DNA of 64,000 nt, taken from Octopus vulgaris (Eukaryota). Positions 1 to 13,349 of this stretch are shown one piece after another. Made by a program: the position numbers and the translations under genes. The first letter of the stretch is position 1; the number at the start of each line of letters is the position of its first letter. The notes under the pieces were generated by a model. It did not search any database. It was not told where the DNA came from and saw nothing but the letters and a program-made list of their open reading frames with translations. Where the stretch lies: NCBI GenBank assembly GCA_951406725.2, contig OX597816.1, positions 69,316,001 to 69,380,000 on the forward strand, read 5' to 3'.

Positions 1-439
1 CTTTTTTGACGTGTCCTGGTGTAATGTTGAAGAGAGCGGGTCCAATTGAGGTGAAATAGTTGTGCCGTATTGTCGTAATTAGATGCGATTTAGATTTTTG
101 TTGTGGACGGATGGCACGTGGTCCAAGCCTTGGATGTATTTTGAAGGTGATGCCAACATCATTCGGACAGTGCTGATGGAATATTTTCCACATCATACAG
201 ATAATGTAGCGTTCACGGCGTCGTTGGAGTGAATACAGTTTCAGCTTCTCTAGTCTACCCCAGTAGTCAAGGTCTGACATGCCATCTATCTTTTTTGTGA
301 TTGACCTTTGGGGAGCTTCAATTCTCATAATATTTTGGTTTGTGTAGGGAGACCACAGTGGACAGCAGTATTCAAGGTGGGGTCGGGCAAAAGTGGAGAA
401 GAGAAGGATAATAGTGTGGGAATCTCTCGACTGGAAGGT
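1..439 (-). mobile_element. CR1-group LINE ORF2 C-terminal fragment, 5'-truncated, runs off the window edge
   Basis: Manual minus-strand translation from 439: TFQSRDSHTIILLFSTFARPHLEYCCPLWSPYT...LEKLKLYSLQRRRER...YFTSIGPALFN. RPHLEYC..WSPY and L.SL..RR.R are typical of the region downstream of the RT domain in CR1-type LINEs. Confidence 0.85.
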
Positions 440-530
440 TATTATTTGAGAGAATAAAATCCAAACTTACAGGGAAAAATATTCAATTTAGAAATACTAT
501 ATCAAATTTCACACAATATAAGATATATAT

Positions 531-834
531 AAAAATTTGAAAAAAACACCTTTTATCAGTTCAAAATGAACAATTAAATTACACCATCTAGAAGATTACA
601 TGTAATAGAAATATTAAAATTAAAATAACAATTATATACCGATGATTAAGTAAATTGCAAAAATAATAAAAACGTATATAATTATATAGGTTTTTATTAT
701 TTTTGCAATTTACTTAATCATTGACATTTTATTCTTATTTCAATTTTAATATTTCTATTATATGTAATTTTCTAGATGGTGTAATTTAATCGTTCATTTT
801 GAATTGATAAAAGGTGTTTTTTTTCTAATTTTTT
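531..834. repeat. Long imperfect AT-rich palindrome (~150-bp arms, no spacer)
   Basis: aaaaaacaccttttatcagttcaaaatgaac... mirrors ...gttcattttgaattgataaaaggtgttttttt; centre tatataa|ttatata at 681/682. Confidence 0.9.
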
Positions 835-836
835 AT

Positions 837-869
<33 letters not shown>

Positions 870-880
<11 letters not shown>

Positions 881-1190
881 GGAAATGAAGAAAATGCTGA
901 CAAATAATTGAAGTAATTTAAGTAATTTAATTAGGTGAAAGTTCTTTTACCGGTTGCGCATTTGTTATGCTTATCAAAATATAAAAAGAGAGATTAGAGT
1001 TCCTTTCTTATAGAATTTTTCCTCTTATCTGAAGAGGAAAAAATTCTATAAGAAAGGAACTCTAATCTCTCTTTTATATTTTGATAAGCATAACAAATGC
1101 GCAACCGGTAAAAAGAACTTTCACCTAATTAAATTACTTAAATTACTTCAATTATTTGTCAGCATTTTCTTCATTTCCTTTTTTATATAT
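870..1190. repeat. Near-perfect palindrome (~155-bp arms, 5-nt loop) between (TA)n tracts, with a decayed HHR-like motif in each arm
   Basis: Arms centred on cctctt-atctg-aagagg (1021-1037). 1081-1115 reads ttgataa-GCAT-aacaa-ATGC-gcaa-ccgg-t-a, an HHR layout with a mutated core. Confidence 0.85.
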
Positions 1191-1219
1191 CACCACTCGT
1201 GTTCGACATCTCCTTTTTT

Positions 1220-1269
<50 letters not shown>

Positions 1270-1270
<1 letters not shown>

Positions 1271-1600
1271 CTCATTTACACATTTGCTTACTTCAGTCAT
1301 TTGACTGCGGCTTAGTACTTATTCTATCGGTCTCTTTTGGCGAATCGCTGGTCTATGTGGGCCTAAACAAACCAGCATCAATTATCAAGCGAATGTGGGA
1401 GGACAGGCAGAGACACACAAATACACAGCAACGCACACATACACACACACACACATATATATATACGATGTGCTTCTTTCAGTTTCTACTAAATCTATTC
1501 ATAAGGCTTTGGTCAGCCCGAGGCTATAGTAAAAGACACTTGCCCAAGATACCACACAGTGGAACTGAACCCGGAACCATGAGGAAGTAAACTTCTTACC
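1270..1600 (-). mobile_element. tRNA-derived SINE family A, head truncated
   Basis: Shares cagtcatttgactgcgg...cacttgcccaag...ggaactgaacccggaaccatg with the other family A copies in the window. Confidence 0.85.
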
Positions 1601-2058
1601 GGAGTAAGCACATAAATGTGAAACAAGATGGGAAAACAGAATACTTAAATACCAGAAGTAGAGTAATATGCTTTAGTTAAAAGCAGCAGAAATATAACAA
1701 AAGCTGTTACTCAGAGTTTCACTACTGAGTAATAAAGATAAAAGTAAGATCCAAGGATCAAGGTGCAGGAAGTTACTAATCTTCAGTAGTAAGTAGAAGG
1801 TATAAAAAAAACTTCCAGGAACAACATTGGTTTTTTGAGCTAAAATATTGTAAAAGTTTCCCATATCGAAATTCGATAAGCAGACAGAAGTTATCTTAGC
1901 CTTCACAATTAACAACTGGGGTTATGGTGCATGCTAATAAAAATTCCAATTTAGCGAATGAAGTAGGTAAAACCAAGGCTACATATGTTCCCTGGTTAGC
2001 AGAGCCTTAGATGTAGTAAATATCCAACGAGTAACATTCATTTGACTAAGCTTTCTTT

Positions 2059-2121
2059 GGCCTGATGAGTAGCTCCAATTACTATTTGCAAGGCTCTGCT
2101 AGCTAGGAAATATATGTCGTC
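2059..2121 (+). ncRNA. Decayed type I hammerhead ribozyme motif
   Basis: ggc-CTGATGA-g-tagct...agcta-g-GAAA-tatatgt-c-gtc. Its 3' part is also the right arm of an inverted repeat (1981-2019 vs 2079-2117). Confidence 0.5.
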
Positions 2122-2127
2122 TCAACT

Positions 2128-2203
2128 GTATGTATGTATGTATGTATGTATGTATGTATGTATGTATGTATGTATGTATGTATGTATGTATGTATGTATG
2201 TAT
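2128..2203. repeat. (TGTA)n microsatellite, representative of many (TA)n, (CA)n and (TGTA)n tracts across the window
   Basis: Direct reading. Confidence 0.95.
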
Positions 2204-2299
2204 ATATTTACATGTGTGTGTGTGTGATTGTGTGTGTATGTGTGCGTATGGAAGTGTGCCCGTGTGTGCTAGAGAGAGTATTTTTGTGTCTTTGGTTGT

Positions 2300-2500
2300 T
2301 TTCCGTATAGATTCATAACTGTCGTTGGTTCGTTTAGATCTCCGTAGTCTAGCGCTTCGTTGAAAATGATTCATAGATGAAGTACCGTACTTTAATAAAT
2401 AAGTGCTTGAAGTCGATTCCTTCGACTAAACATTTCAAGGTTGTGCCCCAGCATGGCCTGAGTCCATTGCCAGAAACAAGTGAAAGATTACAGATAAAAG
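2300..2500 (+). mobile_element. Decayed 3' part of SINE family A
   Basis: gtgccccagcatggcctgagtccattgccagaaacaagtgaaagatta resembles the family A tail. Confidence 0.6.
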
Positions 2501-3228
2501 ATCAATTTCACAATTTTTGTTAATCAACCGACGCTAGTGCTTAATTATATTAATTAAAGATTAGACAAATTCAAGTGGAAATATAATGATAGAAACGTCA
2601 ACAACCTGGCTTGTCAAAAATTGTATTCTAAATTTAATTTCAGTATTGTTTTATCGTAACATATTTGACGAGATAATTACGTTTTAAATTTCTTTTACCG
2701 AGAAGAGAAAATACAAGACATAATGCAATAGCTATTTTGTGTATACGAACTCAATTAAATGACTGTCCTTGTCTTCTATGATGTAAAAAAAAAAACAATA
2801 ATACATCTGAAATTATATTGCTTTCAGTTAGGGTTTCAATGTTACATAGACAAAAAAAATAATAATAAATAATTGATGTAATTAATTAAATCATATTTAA
2901 TTACTGAAATACTATATGATCATATAATTATTTAAATCATCTATAGTCTCCGATATGTATTAAAAAAAAGTGAAAGACCAATTTAAAACAATTAGGGTAT
3001 TTAGTTACGAAAATACGTCCATTGTGAATGTTCTAATCATGGAAAAAGTATTGATTATTATTTATTCTTTTTACAGCTAAACTGATGGCAGACTAGGTTA
3101 GTTCGAATATGTGGATGATTCAGATATCAAATACACATACGCACCTTCGTGTTGGGGGTCATGTTTACTTTGTTATCTCCCCTACTTTCCCCCTCGTGTG
3201 TGACCCTTCTGCCCGAGTCAGTCGCCAA

Positions 3229-3425
3229 GATAGATCGTTGGCCACTGCACATATTTTTCTCGCCTTGTTTCTCTCCTTGTTTTTTCTGTGTCCCTTTCTG
3301 TAGAAGAGCGTAGGCTCGAAACGTAAAAGACATTTTCTATTCCTGAGCGTTATATTAATACATCTGTTTGTGTTGTACACCACCTGTCTTCGTCTTTTGT
3401 TTTTTTCGTAAACTCTCCCTATATA
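3229..3425 (+). mobile_element. Short dispersed repeat with a minimal HHR-like motif (3294-3329), copy 1
   Basis: Nearly identical to 15515-15700. Contains cttt-CTGTAGA-a-GAGC-gtag-GCTC-GAAA-cg-t-a-aaag. Confidence 0.75.
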
Positions 3426-3987
3426 TCAAACGCTCACGTAGTCGCACATGTTGATCCTGTCATTTCTTACCACACACGAACTTCTCCACTGGACTCTCTA
3501 TCTACCCTTTACGGATTCTCGGTTTGGTATTTACCCTCCGGCTGCACCTCTCCTACATACGGATCACTGTGGACTCTACTCTTGATGAGAAATTTTAGTG
3601 AAGATTGTGTTCATATTTTTAATTTGGAGAATATTACAATATTCACTAGGAAGCGATTGTCCAATGATAAAAAAGTTAACCTTCCCAAGGATTAATATTA
3701 CTTAATCTTTCGCTAATTGCCTGACACATCTATATATATGCTCTGATATTAATTAGACTTCGTTATCGAAGTAAATGTTTGACCATAAGTATTAATGATT
3801 ATTCTATCGGTCGTAAAAGTGATAGAAGCAAATCCTTGAAATAGAAATGAGAGGCGTTAGAGCACCATCTTACCTACAAGTTTACTGAGAATTCTTTACA
3901 TGGTTGAATAAGCTTCCAGACATAGCAGGTAAGTTTCAATTAATCTACATCTTACTATTACAAAACCAAAAGTACATATGATAGAAG

Positions 3988-4200
3988 AGACCCCTTTCGG
4001 TCATTAATGACAATGGGATTGCATCTAGAATGTTACCGTCCGAGGCACAAGGCCGAGCAAGTTTGTTTGTGGAAGGCCAGCAGTCGCCCATGCATACCAA
4101 CTTCCCCTCTCCACACCATTGATGTTATCCAAGGGTAAGGCTAAGGGGCCGATACAGCAGCTTGGCACCAGTGATGTCGCAACACATTTCTATAGCTGAG
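3988..4200 (-). mobile_element. Probable SINE or LINE 3'-tail fragment
   Basis: GC-richer block (gacccctttcggtc...ttctatagctgag) resembling a cephalopod SINE tail. Single copy in this window. Confidence 0.4.
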
Positions 4201-4834
4201 GTAATGCATTACAATTTGTTTTTTTCAAAGTAAATTGTGATCATTGTTTTTATATTCTTGCGAAGCTAACCTGGCACTGAAAAACAACCCTCCGAGTGAC
4301 AGAAGTGTAATCCACAGGTAAGAAAAGAAATACGCTGTTACCGCTTAATATCCACACACACAAGCACAAAAACATGGCAACATAGACTCTATACATTGTA
4401 TACATATATGTATGTAAGTGAATATCTATCTATCGATCGATCTACATATATATTAACACTACATATATAGACAGACACACACACACAAACATATATATAT
4501 GCACACACACATACACATTCATACTTATATACATACATATGTGTGTACGCGTGAGTATGTGAGTATACATATATGTATATGTGAATTAATGTATGTATGT
4601 GTGTATGTATCCATACGCTCATTTGTTCGACTCTTTACATTGAGTTCAAATTGCCCGATATCCTTTTTGAGTTGGTAAAATAAGGGCCAGTGGAAAGCAC
4701 ACGGTGGTGTAATCGATTAGCCTCCACTCTACCACACCACAAATATTGGAAATATCCAAAAAATTTCAAAACATTATAATTATACTCGCAGAGATACCCA
4801 GTGTTGCCCATGATGAAAAAGGCATAGTTTTTGT

Positions 4835-5145
4835 TATTGTTTTACTTGTTTCATTTATGTGACTTCGACCATGCTGGAGCAACAATTCGATCCCAGGATT
4901 TATTGCTTGTAAGCTTAGTACTCATTTCCATTGGTGTCTGTTGCCGAACCACTAAGTTACGGGCACGAAAACACAGCAACACCGGTTGCCAAGCAATGGT
5001 GGGGATACAAAGACACAGACAATAATAAAGGCACAGGCACAGACACACACGCACGCACAAATATAGACATGTATACGACAGTCTTCTTTGACTTTCCGTG
5101 TACGAAATCCACTCACAAGGTTTTGGACGGCTTGTGGCAATAGTA
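4835..5145 (-). mobile_element. SINE family A, partial
   Basis: ccatgctggagca...gccgaaccactaagttacggg...aaatccactcacaagg. Confidence 0.8.
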
Positions 5146-5162
5146 TATATACATACATACAT

Positions 5163-5222
<60 letters not shown>

Positions 5223-5422
5223 ATTAACAAGTAAATAAAAGGAAATAGAGAAGAAAATGGAAAATATGTTTGGTTCATTTCTTTTGTATATTAGAAATGG
5301 AAAGGAAAAGTAATGCAAATTAAAAGATTAAAGTATATACACATTAAAAACAAGCATAAAACGAACTATAACAAGTACAGAAGAAACCACGTCAACACCA
5401 TAACCCCCAAATATCCAAAAAT

Positions 5423-5490
5423 ATATTCTACATATGTTTCAATATAACAATAATTTAGAATCATTAATAATTGTAACTCTTCAGGAAAAA
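5423..5490 (-). ncRNA. Decayed HHR motif inside a ~1 kb AT-rich block between (TA)n tracts (~5220-6180)
   Basis: Minus strand reads ttc-CTGAAGA-gttacaat...attgttatatt-GAAA-catatg-t-a-gaa, with a palindromic ACATATGT stem III. Confidence 0.5.
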
Positions 5491-6175
5491 TAATTATATT
5501 TTAGCCATGAGTTACGAAATGACTTATCTGAGGACAATGTTTAGGAAATTTTCAAATGTAAATAAACTTCTAAGTGTGATTAGAAATTTATCGTTTCAAA
5601 TTTAGCTAGTATGGGACGGTAAAATACTACTAAAGTATGAAATTATTTGAAAAAAATGTATATATTATAACGATATTTACAAAGGTTTATGTGAGGGAGG
5701 TAAAAAGACGAAGGTAGATTATCGTGAAGGGTGTAATATACAACAATTATATTGGGAAATAATGATTGGATGAATAACATTGGTGTTATTTAGAAATTAA
5801 TTAGTTCGGATATAATTTCCGGTTTTTGACGTTAAAATATTTTGTATTTCAAACATAAGCTATAATACTCACTTACGGTGTTACAGGATAAATTTCCTAG
5901 GTCAAAATTTGAGTAACTAGTGATCTCCCTTCATTCCATATATAGGTGTAATCATGTCATTCGATATTTAAAAAAATGAAAAATAGCTTTGAGTAAAATG
6001 TCTAAAGATTATATGGATAAAATAGATACGTGTAGTTTAAATTTTCGTATTCATATATTGAAATATATTAAAAGTACCAATAGTCATGAATGCAGGGTTA
6101 CAATATTTTATAAAAATAAAAATAAACTATAAATGTTTCAGAATACAGGATTTATGTAAAAATGGGGTTATATTG

Positions 6176-6231
<56 letters not shown>

Positions 6232-6415
6232 TTGCAGTTTATTTAATGTTAATGATATTTATATTCTATTTAACAATGAGATAGATATTATTGAATAGTC
6301 GTAAGGTTTAAAGTGACATTATGCTAAATTATTGAAGGATATACTTACAGGATTAAGAAATCAATAGTTTAAATTCATACTTTTATTTTTATACTCATAT
6401 ATATATATATACATT

Positions 6416-6448
<33 letters not shown>

Positions 6449-8442
6449 CTGTGTGTGTATGCATATATCAGTGTCAAATAGGGTTAATATAATGATTGTT
6501 AACTGCAAAATTACAAGGTAAAATATAGATATTGCTCGAAATTCTCACCCACCAGCTAAGGTATGTTCGCTCCGCTCGGAGAATATACATCAGCAATAAC
6601 CCTTTACTTTTTGAATTCAGTTGCGCCAGGGTCTACATTGCCGTTTATCTTTACAAGGCCCAACCATATCAGCGACAGCGGACTACTAGATTAAAATAAA
6701 TGAGTACTTACTCCTGCCAAAATGAATGTTATATTGCCCATATTAGAAATCAATATTAACAAAACCGATGTTAGTTGGCAACGGAATTTGGGATTTCTTT
6801 AAATTTGTATCTCTAGAATTTCTTATCACAAACACTATATCTATGCTTCTTATAATTTTAATTCAGATATGCTATATTTAATGGAGTGGAATTAAAACAG
6901 TCAATTATTTACTGTTCTAATAAGTGTGAAGTATTGTAATTTTATAAATAAAGAATATCGTGTACGTATTTTGACCTGTCTAGAGTTAACATTATTTGTT
7001 ACCATCTTTTTATAATAATTTGTGAAATATAGAGACTAAAAATATACCGTGTTTGCACCAAAGTAGTTCTCACCGATTGATAGCAATGATCAAGTGTTTC
7101 TGCGAGAAGGGTTTTTATTATTCGACAATTAATCAGGCTTCAGCATAAAAACCTAGCTTCATCAAACAATTAGGGCTTCCATAAGTTGTACTGTATCACT
7201 GGCTATTGTTTTAATGACTCGTTGAACCTAGACCGGTAATACACATTTATAATTGTCATATACTATCTGAACCATTGACAACTGAAAACTTTTATACCAC
7301 ATCTTTCATTAGATGTGTAGAAAATAGAGTCTAACATTGGAGCCTGCTGTATTGAACATGCTAGTTTTGTTGTAAATGAATTGCAAAAAAATGACTGTTT
7401 TCTATGACAGTTTTAGTTTCCGAACGTAAACAGTTTTTCAACTGAGTCTGTAGTTTTAAAACATTTGAATGTTTAACGAATGATGATGTGTCTAGAAATG
7501 TTTTGATTTATTTCTTGTTCTTTGGACTTATACGACTGATTTGCTATATAGAGCCATTTTCAGAGCAATAAATATTGTCTCATCTTTTAATAATGACATT
7601 TATATAAAATTCATATATCAAAACATACATCAAAATGTATTCACCAAAATATAGCGTAGGTCGTATTCAAACATGAAAACAAAATTAACTAAATATATAA
7701 CATTAAAATCAAGTATTCTAAAGGCGATCTATCATCTCAATTGTATTTCAGTGCATATCATTTCTTACACAATCACGATTTTTTTTACAGTGGAAGATAA
7801 ATGAAATGCTGTTGGGTTCATGTTCTTTTATGACGTTTTGTTTCCAAATAAATATTTCCTAGTAAGGTTTTGCTATTCAGTTCTAGGTCGACTTTGTTTT
7901 AGTGAATCTATCAATATCGTTCTATCCACGAACATTTAATTTCATTCTGAAATATTGTCTGTGAATATTAAAACGATATTACCCAAAATGTTCTTCTCAA
8001 TTGAAGATGCAGCCACCCCAACCGTTTTTGAATGACTGGTTGGGTTCCAAAAGCAGGTTGCTGTTACGGGTTGTGTCATAGAGCACCAAACATAATTTTA
8101 ACGTGCTAGTATATTCTTCTAAGATTGTTTACAGCTGTCCTGAAAACCTGCATACTGAAATTACAGTTCTGAAAATAAAGCTTCACAATGTCAGACTTCG
8201 TAAACATTGTTCCATTATACATCGCCAATTACTGTTTGCTGACATTTCAAATTACTTTAGCTATAGCCGGAATGTCACACTCTCATATCTAGAGAGAACG
8301 TTCATCTATTATACGTTACATATTGATTATATCTATCTATCTATCCATCTATCTAACTATCTAGCTACCTGTTTATCTATCTACCTCTCTCTCTTTCTCC
8401 CCCCTGTATGTATATACACACACACACGAACTCACCCCCCCC

Positions 8443-8538
<96 letters not shown>

Positions 8539-9663
8539 AATGTTAATTTGATAAAATGCCTTCATATATCACAACGGATAACGAAGTCCAGTATTAAGTG
8601 CAGAAACTAACAGCGTTATACTGTTGAAAGCAAAAGCTCATGCAGCAGAGATACGTGATAATGTACTGACATAGTCGGAAATATCTGTTACAGGCTATTG
8701 AGAATCACACGCCTTCCGGCTTCTGATGAAGAGGTCTTCATTATACACTGACATATAAGTGATTGGCAAAAGCAAATTTTGCCAGTAACCAGGTATTTGA
8801 GAACGATATCGTACTTCAGTATAACTGGACTTAGTTTTTGAGACTCCCACCGTTTGCACTTGCTTAGATGATATCTTTCATTTTTATTGAACGTTTTGGC
8901 TAATTCATTCTTAAAAGAAATACGAATTAGCACAGTAAAGCATTATTATCTTATGTACCGTGACCGCTTAGTTTAGCACGTCCATTTTTGCAACCGTCTT
9001 TTCATTGTAAAGTGTGCATTTGTAATTTTCAGGTATATTACCTTTATAATTACAATACATCACGCATACACACACTCACGCACGCACACGCGCACACACA
9101 GACATACAAACACACACATGCACACACACACACAAGCATACACGTATACCTTTCCAAATACACTTGGTATATATTTACAGTACAATGCACGCATACACAC
9201 ACACATGTATATGTTCAGAATTATTGTATTTGACACAACCAATTTCTTTTTGCTGACATTTAAAATTACTTTAATAACAGCTGTGGTATCACACTGTCAT
9301 ATCCTGAATTGATTTCAGTCTATTCTATCGGACGAATCATACATAATATGTAAGAATAATTGTGTATTTGATAAAATGTCTTTACATGTAGAAGCACTTT
9401 ACAAAGTCTAGTAATTAGTTCAGGAACAAAATCCGTTACACTTCTGCGAAGAAAAAAGGACACTTCACACACAACTCATGTGTCTGTTACTGTTAGGAGA
9501 AAGAACATTTTGAACAATTCTTCCCCTATTACAGTATATAAACAGTTTCAAGCAGCGTGAAAACCTATTAAAACACCAGTATTTCCTTGGATAAAACCAT
9601 CGCCACATTAGGATAACATCCTCCAGCTAAATTTATATATATGTGTGAATGTCGCTGTCTCTC

Positions 9664-9767
<104 letters not shown>

Positions 9768-11075
9768 CATATATATATATATAGGTGAGAAAGTTGATAT
9801 ATATATATGTATATATATGTACATACATGCATGCACACACATATATATATATGTGTGTGTGTATGTGTGTGTGTTCATGCATGTGTGTGCTTCTGTGAAG
9901 TGGGGCAAGGGTTCAACATTGGAAAGACTCTTGCACTGAATACACATTTCGTGCATAAACATTTTCAGTGAAACCCATGTCATCGAACAAACGAATATTT
10001 GAGTTTACCTTGAAGCAGCATATCTAGCAAAATTTCCAAGTCGCTTATTAAGACCTTAAGACAAGTTTATCCTGCGAGAAGACGGCAGGCGTTATCTCAA
10101 ACCTTATTTCAATGTATATTAATATAAAAATATACATGACTTATAAAGCTTTTGTATTTGTATTCTCGTATATTGCGAGAAAACGTGGAATATTTAGAGT
10201 AAGCAAAGTCGAACACAATACAGTATGTACCTGGAATCACTTAGACAAATCCCATACAGAAATCTTTAAGGCTCCATCACAGTATTGAGTATAGTGTGCA
10301 TTCTGTTCTTTAGTAATCCCGTAATCCATTTGAGGCGATTCTCCTCTGACAATAGTGCTCGAAAAGAGCTACGGAGTTCAAATGAAGAGCGTCCACACGA
10401 CAAATTTAAATTCTTCTAGACTTGCAAGAAGTCAGAAGATGTATGAAAGAGTTACTTATGGTGGCGCGCAGCACTTTGAAACTGAATGCACAAAGCAAGA
10501 GAATTAGCTAATGGTTGCGTATATCCATCAAAAATTGCAGTCCTCCAACACCATCATATATAAAAAAAACATACACGCACGCACACACACACAGACATAT
10601 GCAAATACGCATAGAATATCACATGCACATATATGACCGTGCACTCTTACACATTCGTAGAACCAATTTACGCTTATAGTTGTTCTTTCATGCCAAACGA
10701 AACACATAAAGACCAAAAAAAAAACACTGATATGCATACACACACATATTTGGCCAATTGTTTCACGTTCTTTACAATATGTATATTTACCTGATGCACT
10801 CAAACATACAAGCATACACTCATGAACACACAAAATATACACACACAGAGGCATCAATGATAACCCATTCACTGAACTACGCCATATTCTCTCATGCTTC
10901 TACAAAAGTACACCTACTTACAGATACACACAAGGTAATGCAACTTTATAAATTGGTAACCCCTCGGTCTAAAAGACTTTACATTCCCACATTTTATAAG
11001 CTATTTCCTCATGTATTTTATTGTTTTTGCATTCTTTTTTTTTCTCTTTCCATGCTTCCTCTCACATTCCTTTTA

Positions 11076-11110
11076 TTTCAGATGAAGTACTATTGTCCGA
11101 AACATCAAAG
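11076..11110 (+). ncRNA. Strongly decayed minimal HHR-like motif
   Basis: ttt-cagatga-a-gtac-tatt-gtcc-GAAA-ca-t-c-aaag, followed by gcgttaaaatcacacat, which resembles the 3229/15515 family. Confidence 0.3.
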
Positions 11111-12700
11111 TCATTCTTTCATTTCCTTTTCATTTGAAGCGTTAAAATCACACATTTATCTTAGTGCAGTGTTCTTGCAGTATTTGTTTATTTTGTACTT
11201 TTTTTATTATATATCTTACATTATGTTACATATATGGTGGATTTCAGTCTTTCGTGGACTAAGGTTCAGTCGCTCTAACAAGTAAAGAACATCTGCTAGA
11301 ATGTAAATCAAGCGCTTGCCCTTTCTACAGGAAAGGCACTCGTACCATAATTCTAAAGGAAATCAATATCAGCATGAGATGGTGAGTAATAATACTACCT
11401 TTTAAATTACTAATACATTCCGCGCAATCTATTACAACTCAATTTATATCACTAGGTATGGGATCAGTGTTGCCAAATACGCTACATAATCAGGTAAGCA
11501 ATTCTGGAAAAACACACACAGAGACACAAACGCACGCACACATACAGATGAATTCGCTCATACACACATATACATATATATTTGTGTGCAAGTGTATATA
11601 TATATATATATATTTTCAATACGTATGCATGTATTAATATTACAATATATGAATATGTATCTACATTTCAATGTGTGTAAGTATGTATATTTCAATATGT
11701 TTGTATGTATATTTTAATTTATGTGTATGTATGTATATTTCAGTATGTATAAATGTATGTACATTTCAATATCTATATTTCAATGTGTGTGTTGGGCTTT
11801 TTCCTTTTGTTTGACATATTTATAACATGAACTGTATATTTTAGTTTTATTTCTTGATGGTATGATATATCATCTCACTCAAATATATTGCCTGCATTTA
11901 TGATTTAATAAGTTTATTAAGTAAGAGTTTTGTGGGTGATGATGTTTGTTTTTTAAGTGTAGGAATAGATATAGACATTAACAAGGACATTTCAAAATAT
12001 CAACAAAATCATTAGCTTGTACGTATGCATTGTAATATTGCATGGTTTAAGACGCATGTTTCACAAACATGTTATTACAGATTAAATCCTATTGCGTTGC
12101 ATTTTCAGCAAGTATTGTTTTGTTTTTTTTGTATACTCAGTCGAAGATAATACGAGAATGAAATAGCCTTTTTAGGTTTCAAGGTGGCGTACTACGGTAG
12201 CTTATGTCCAAAACTTAAAGCAAAGTACTTTGCCCACGTATGTTTCGCACGCACACACCGAAACACATGCAGTCACACACATGTAATTGTATAGGTTAAA
12301 GTCTGCATAACACATGTGTACTTAAGTGTTCTTTTATTATTGTTTGCATTTTCTTTTAACTACAAAGATCTTGCACATTTTCTGTGTACCTGGTGAACAA
12401 TTGTAGAGTCTGTTATATAATTACTAGCGCATAGTTTCATTTTGCAAGGGTTTGTGAGAGGAAGTATTATGATACAACACAAAGTCCCATTTCCACGTAT
12501 TTTATATTTTTTCGCTTTTTTAATGCCTGTTTTAGGATAAAACTTTCGTAAGTTTTAAATTAAGGGAAATAATATTGCCATAACAACTTTCCAAAATATT
12601 GGCTTCAAATCTTTGCAAAATAACAGCAAATTCAGGGTACTTATTTCATCGACCACAAAATGACTGCCAGATACACTACTTAATCAGTAAGCAATTCTGG

Positions 12701-12752
<52 letters not shown>

Positions 12753-13051
12753 CAGACAAATTTGAAAAACAAAGACGATATTTAAAATTCCTGATAGATG
12801 GTGACACTGAATAAACCATGAGTTTTGATACATTTTATCAGAAGAGAGAGAGAGAGATTTTCTCCGCGGTAACTGCATTCTATTTGCCTCGTAGCTGTTT
12901 AAATATGTCACAAACAACTTTTAACTGACCTAAATTTTGCTCATGCCTAAACACTTTTTAGCGCTAACATTTTTTCGTCATACATATATATATATATATA
13001 CATGTGTGTGTGTGTATGTGTGTGTATGTATGTATATATATATATTTATAT

Positions 13052-13295
13052 ATAAATGAAAGAATGGAGTCGAACGAAAATGTTAACAAAATTCCTTTAC
13101 TCTCAACACATATTTCGAAGACCACATGGTTTTATTCATATATAACACACACATTTCTGCAAATGAATCCGGCGTTTCTACCCTTGGACAGGTGGCTTCA
13201 ACCGTGTTTCTGACGCGAATTTGCTACTCTGGTATCGGTTCAACGAATTTTCCAAGCTGACGATAAATATAGGATAATTCATTCACCTATTGAAA
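13052..13295. mobile_element. (TA)n-embedded fragment related to the Penelope-like arm at 49430-49560
   Basis: Minus-strand gtcttcgaaatatgtgttgagagtaaaggaattt matches gtcttcgaaacatatgtcggaagtaaatgaattt (49431). ccggcgtttctaccctt matches ccggagtttctaccttt (49531). Confidence 0.5.
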
Positions 13296-13297
13296 TA

Positions 13298-13341
<44 letters not shown>

Positions 13342-13349
13342 AATGGATA

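Noticed and set aside
8720-8740. ctgatgaagagg as an HHR core
   Set aside because: No stem II, GAAA or stem III downstream.
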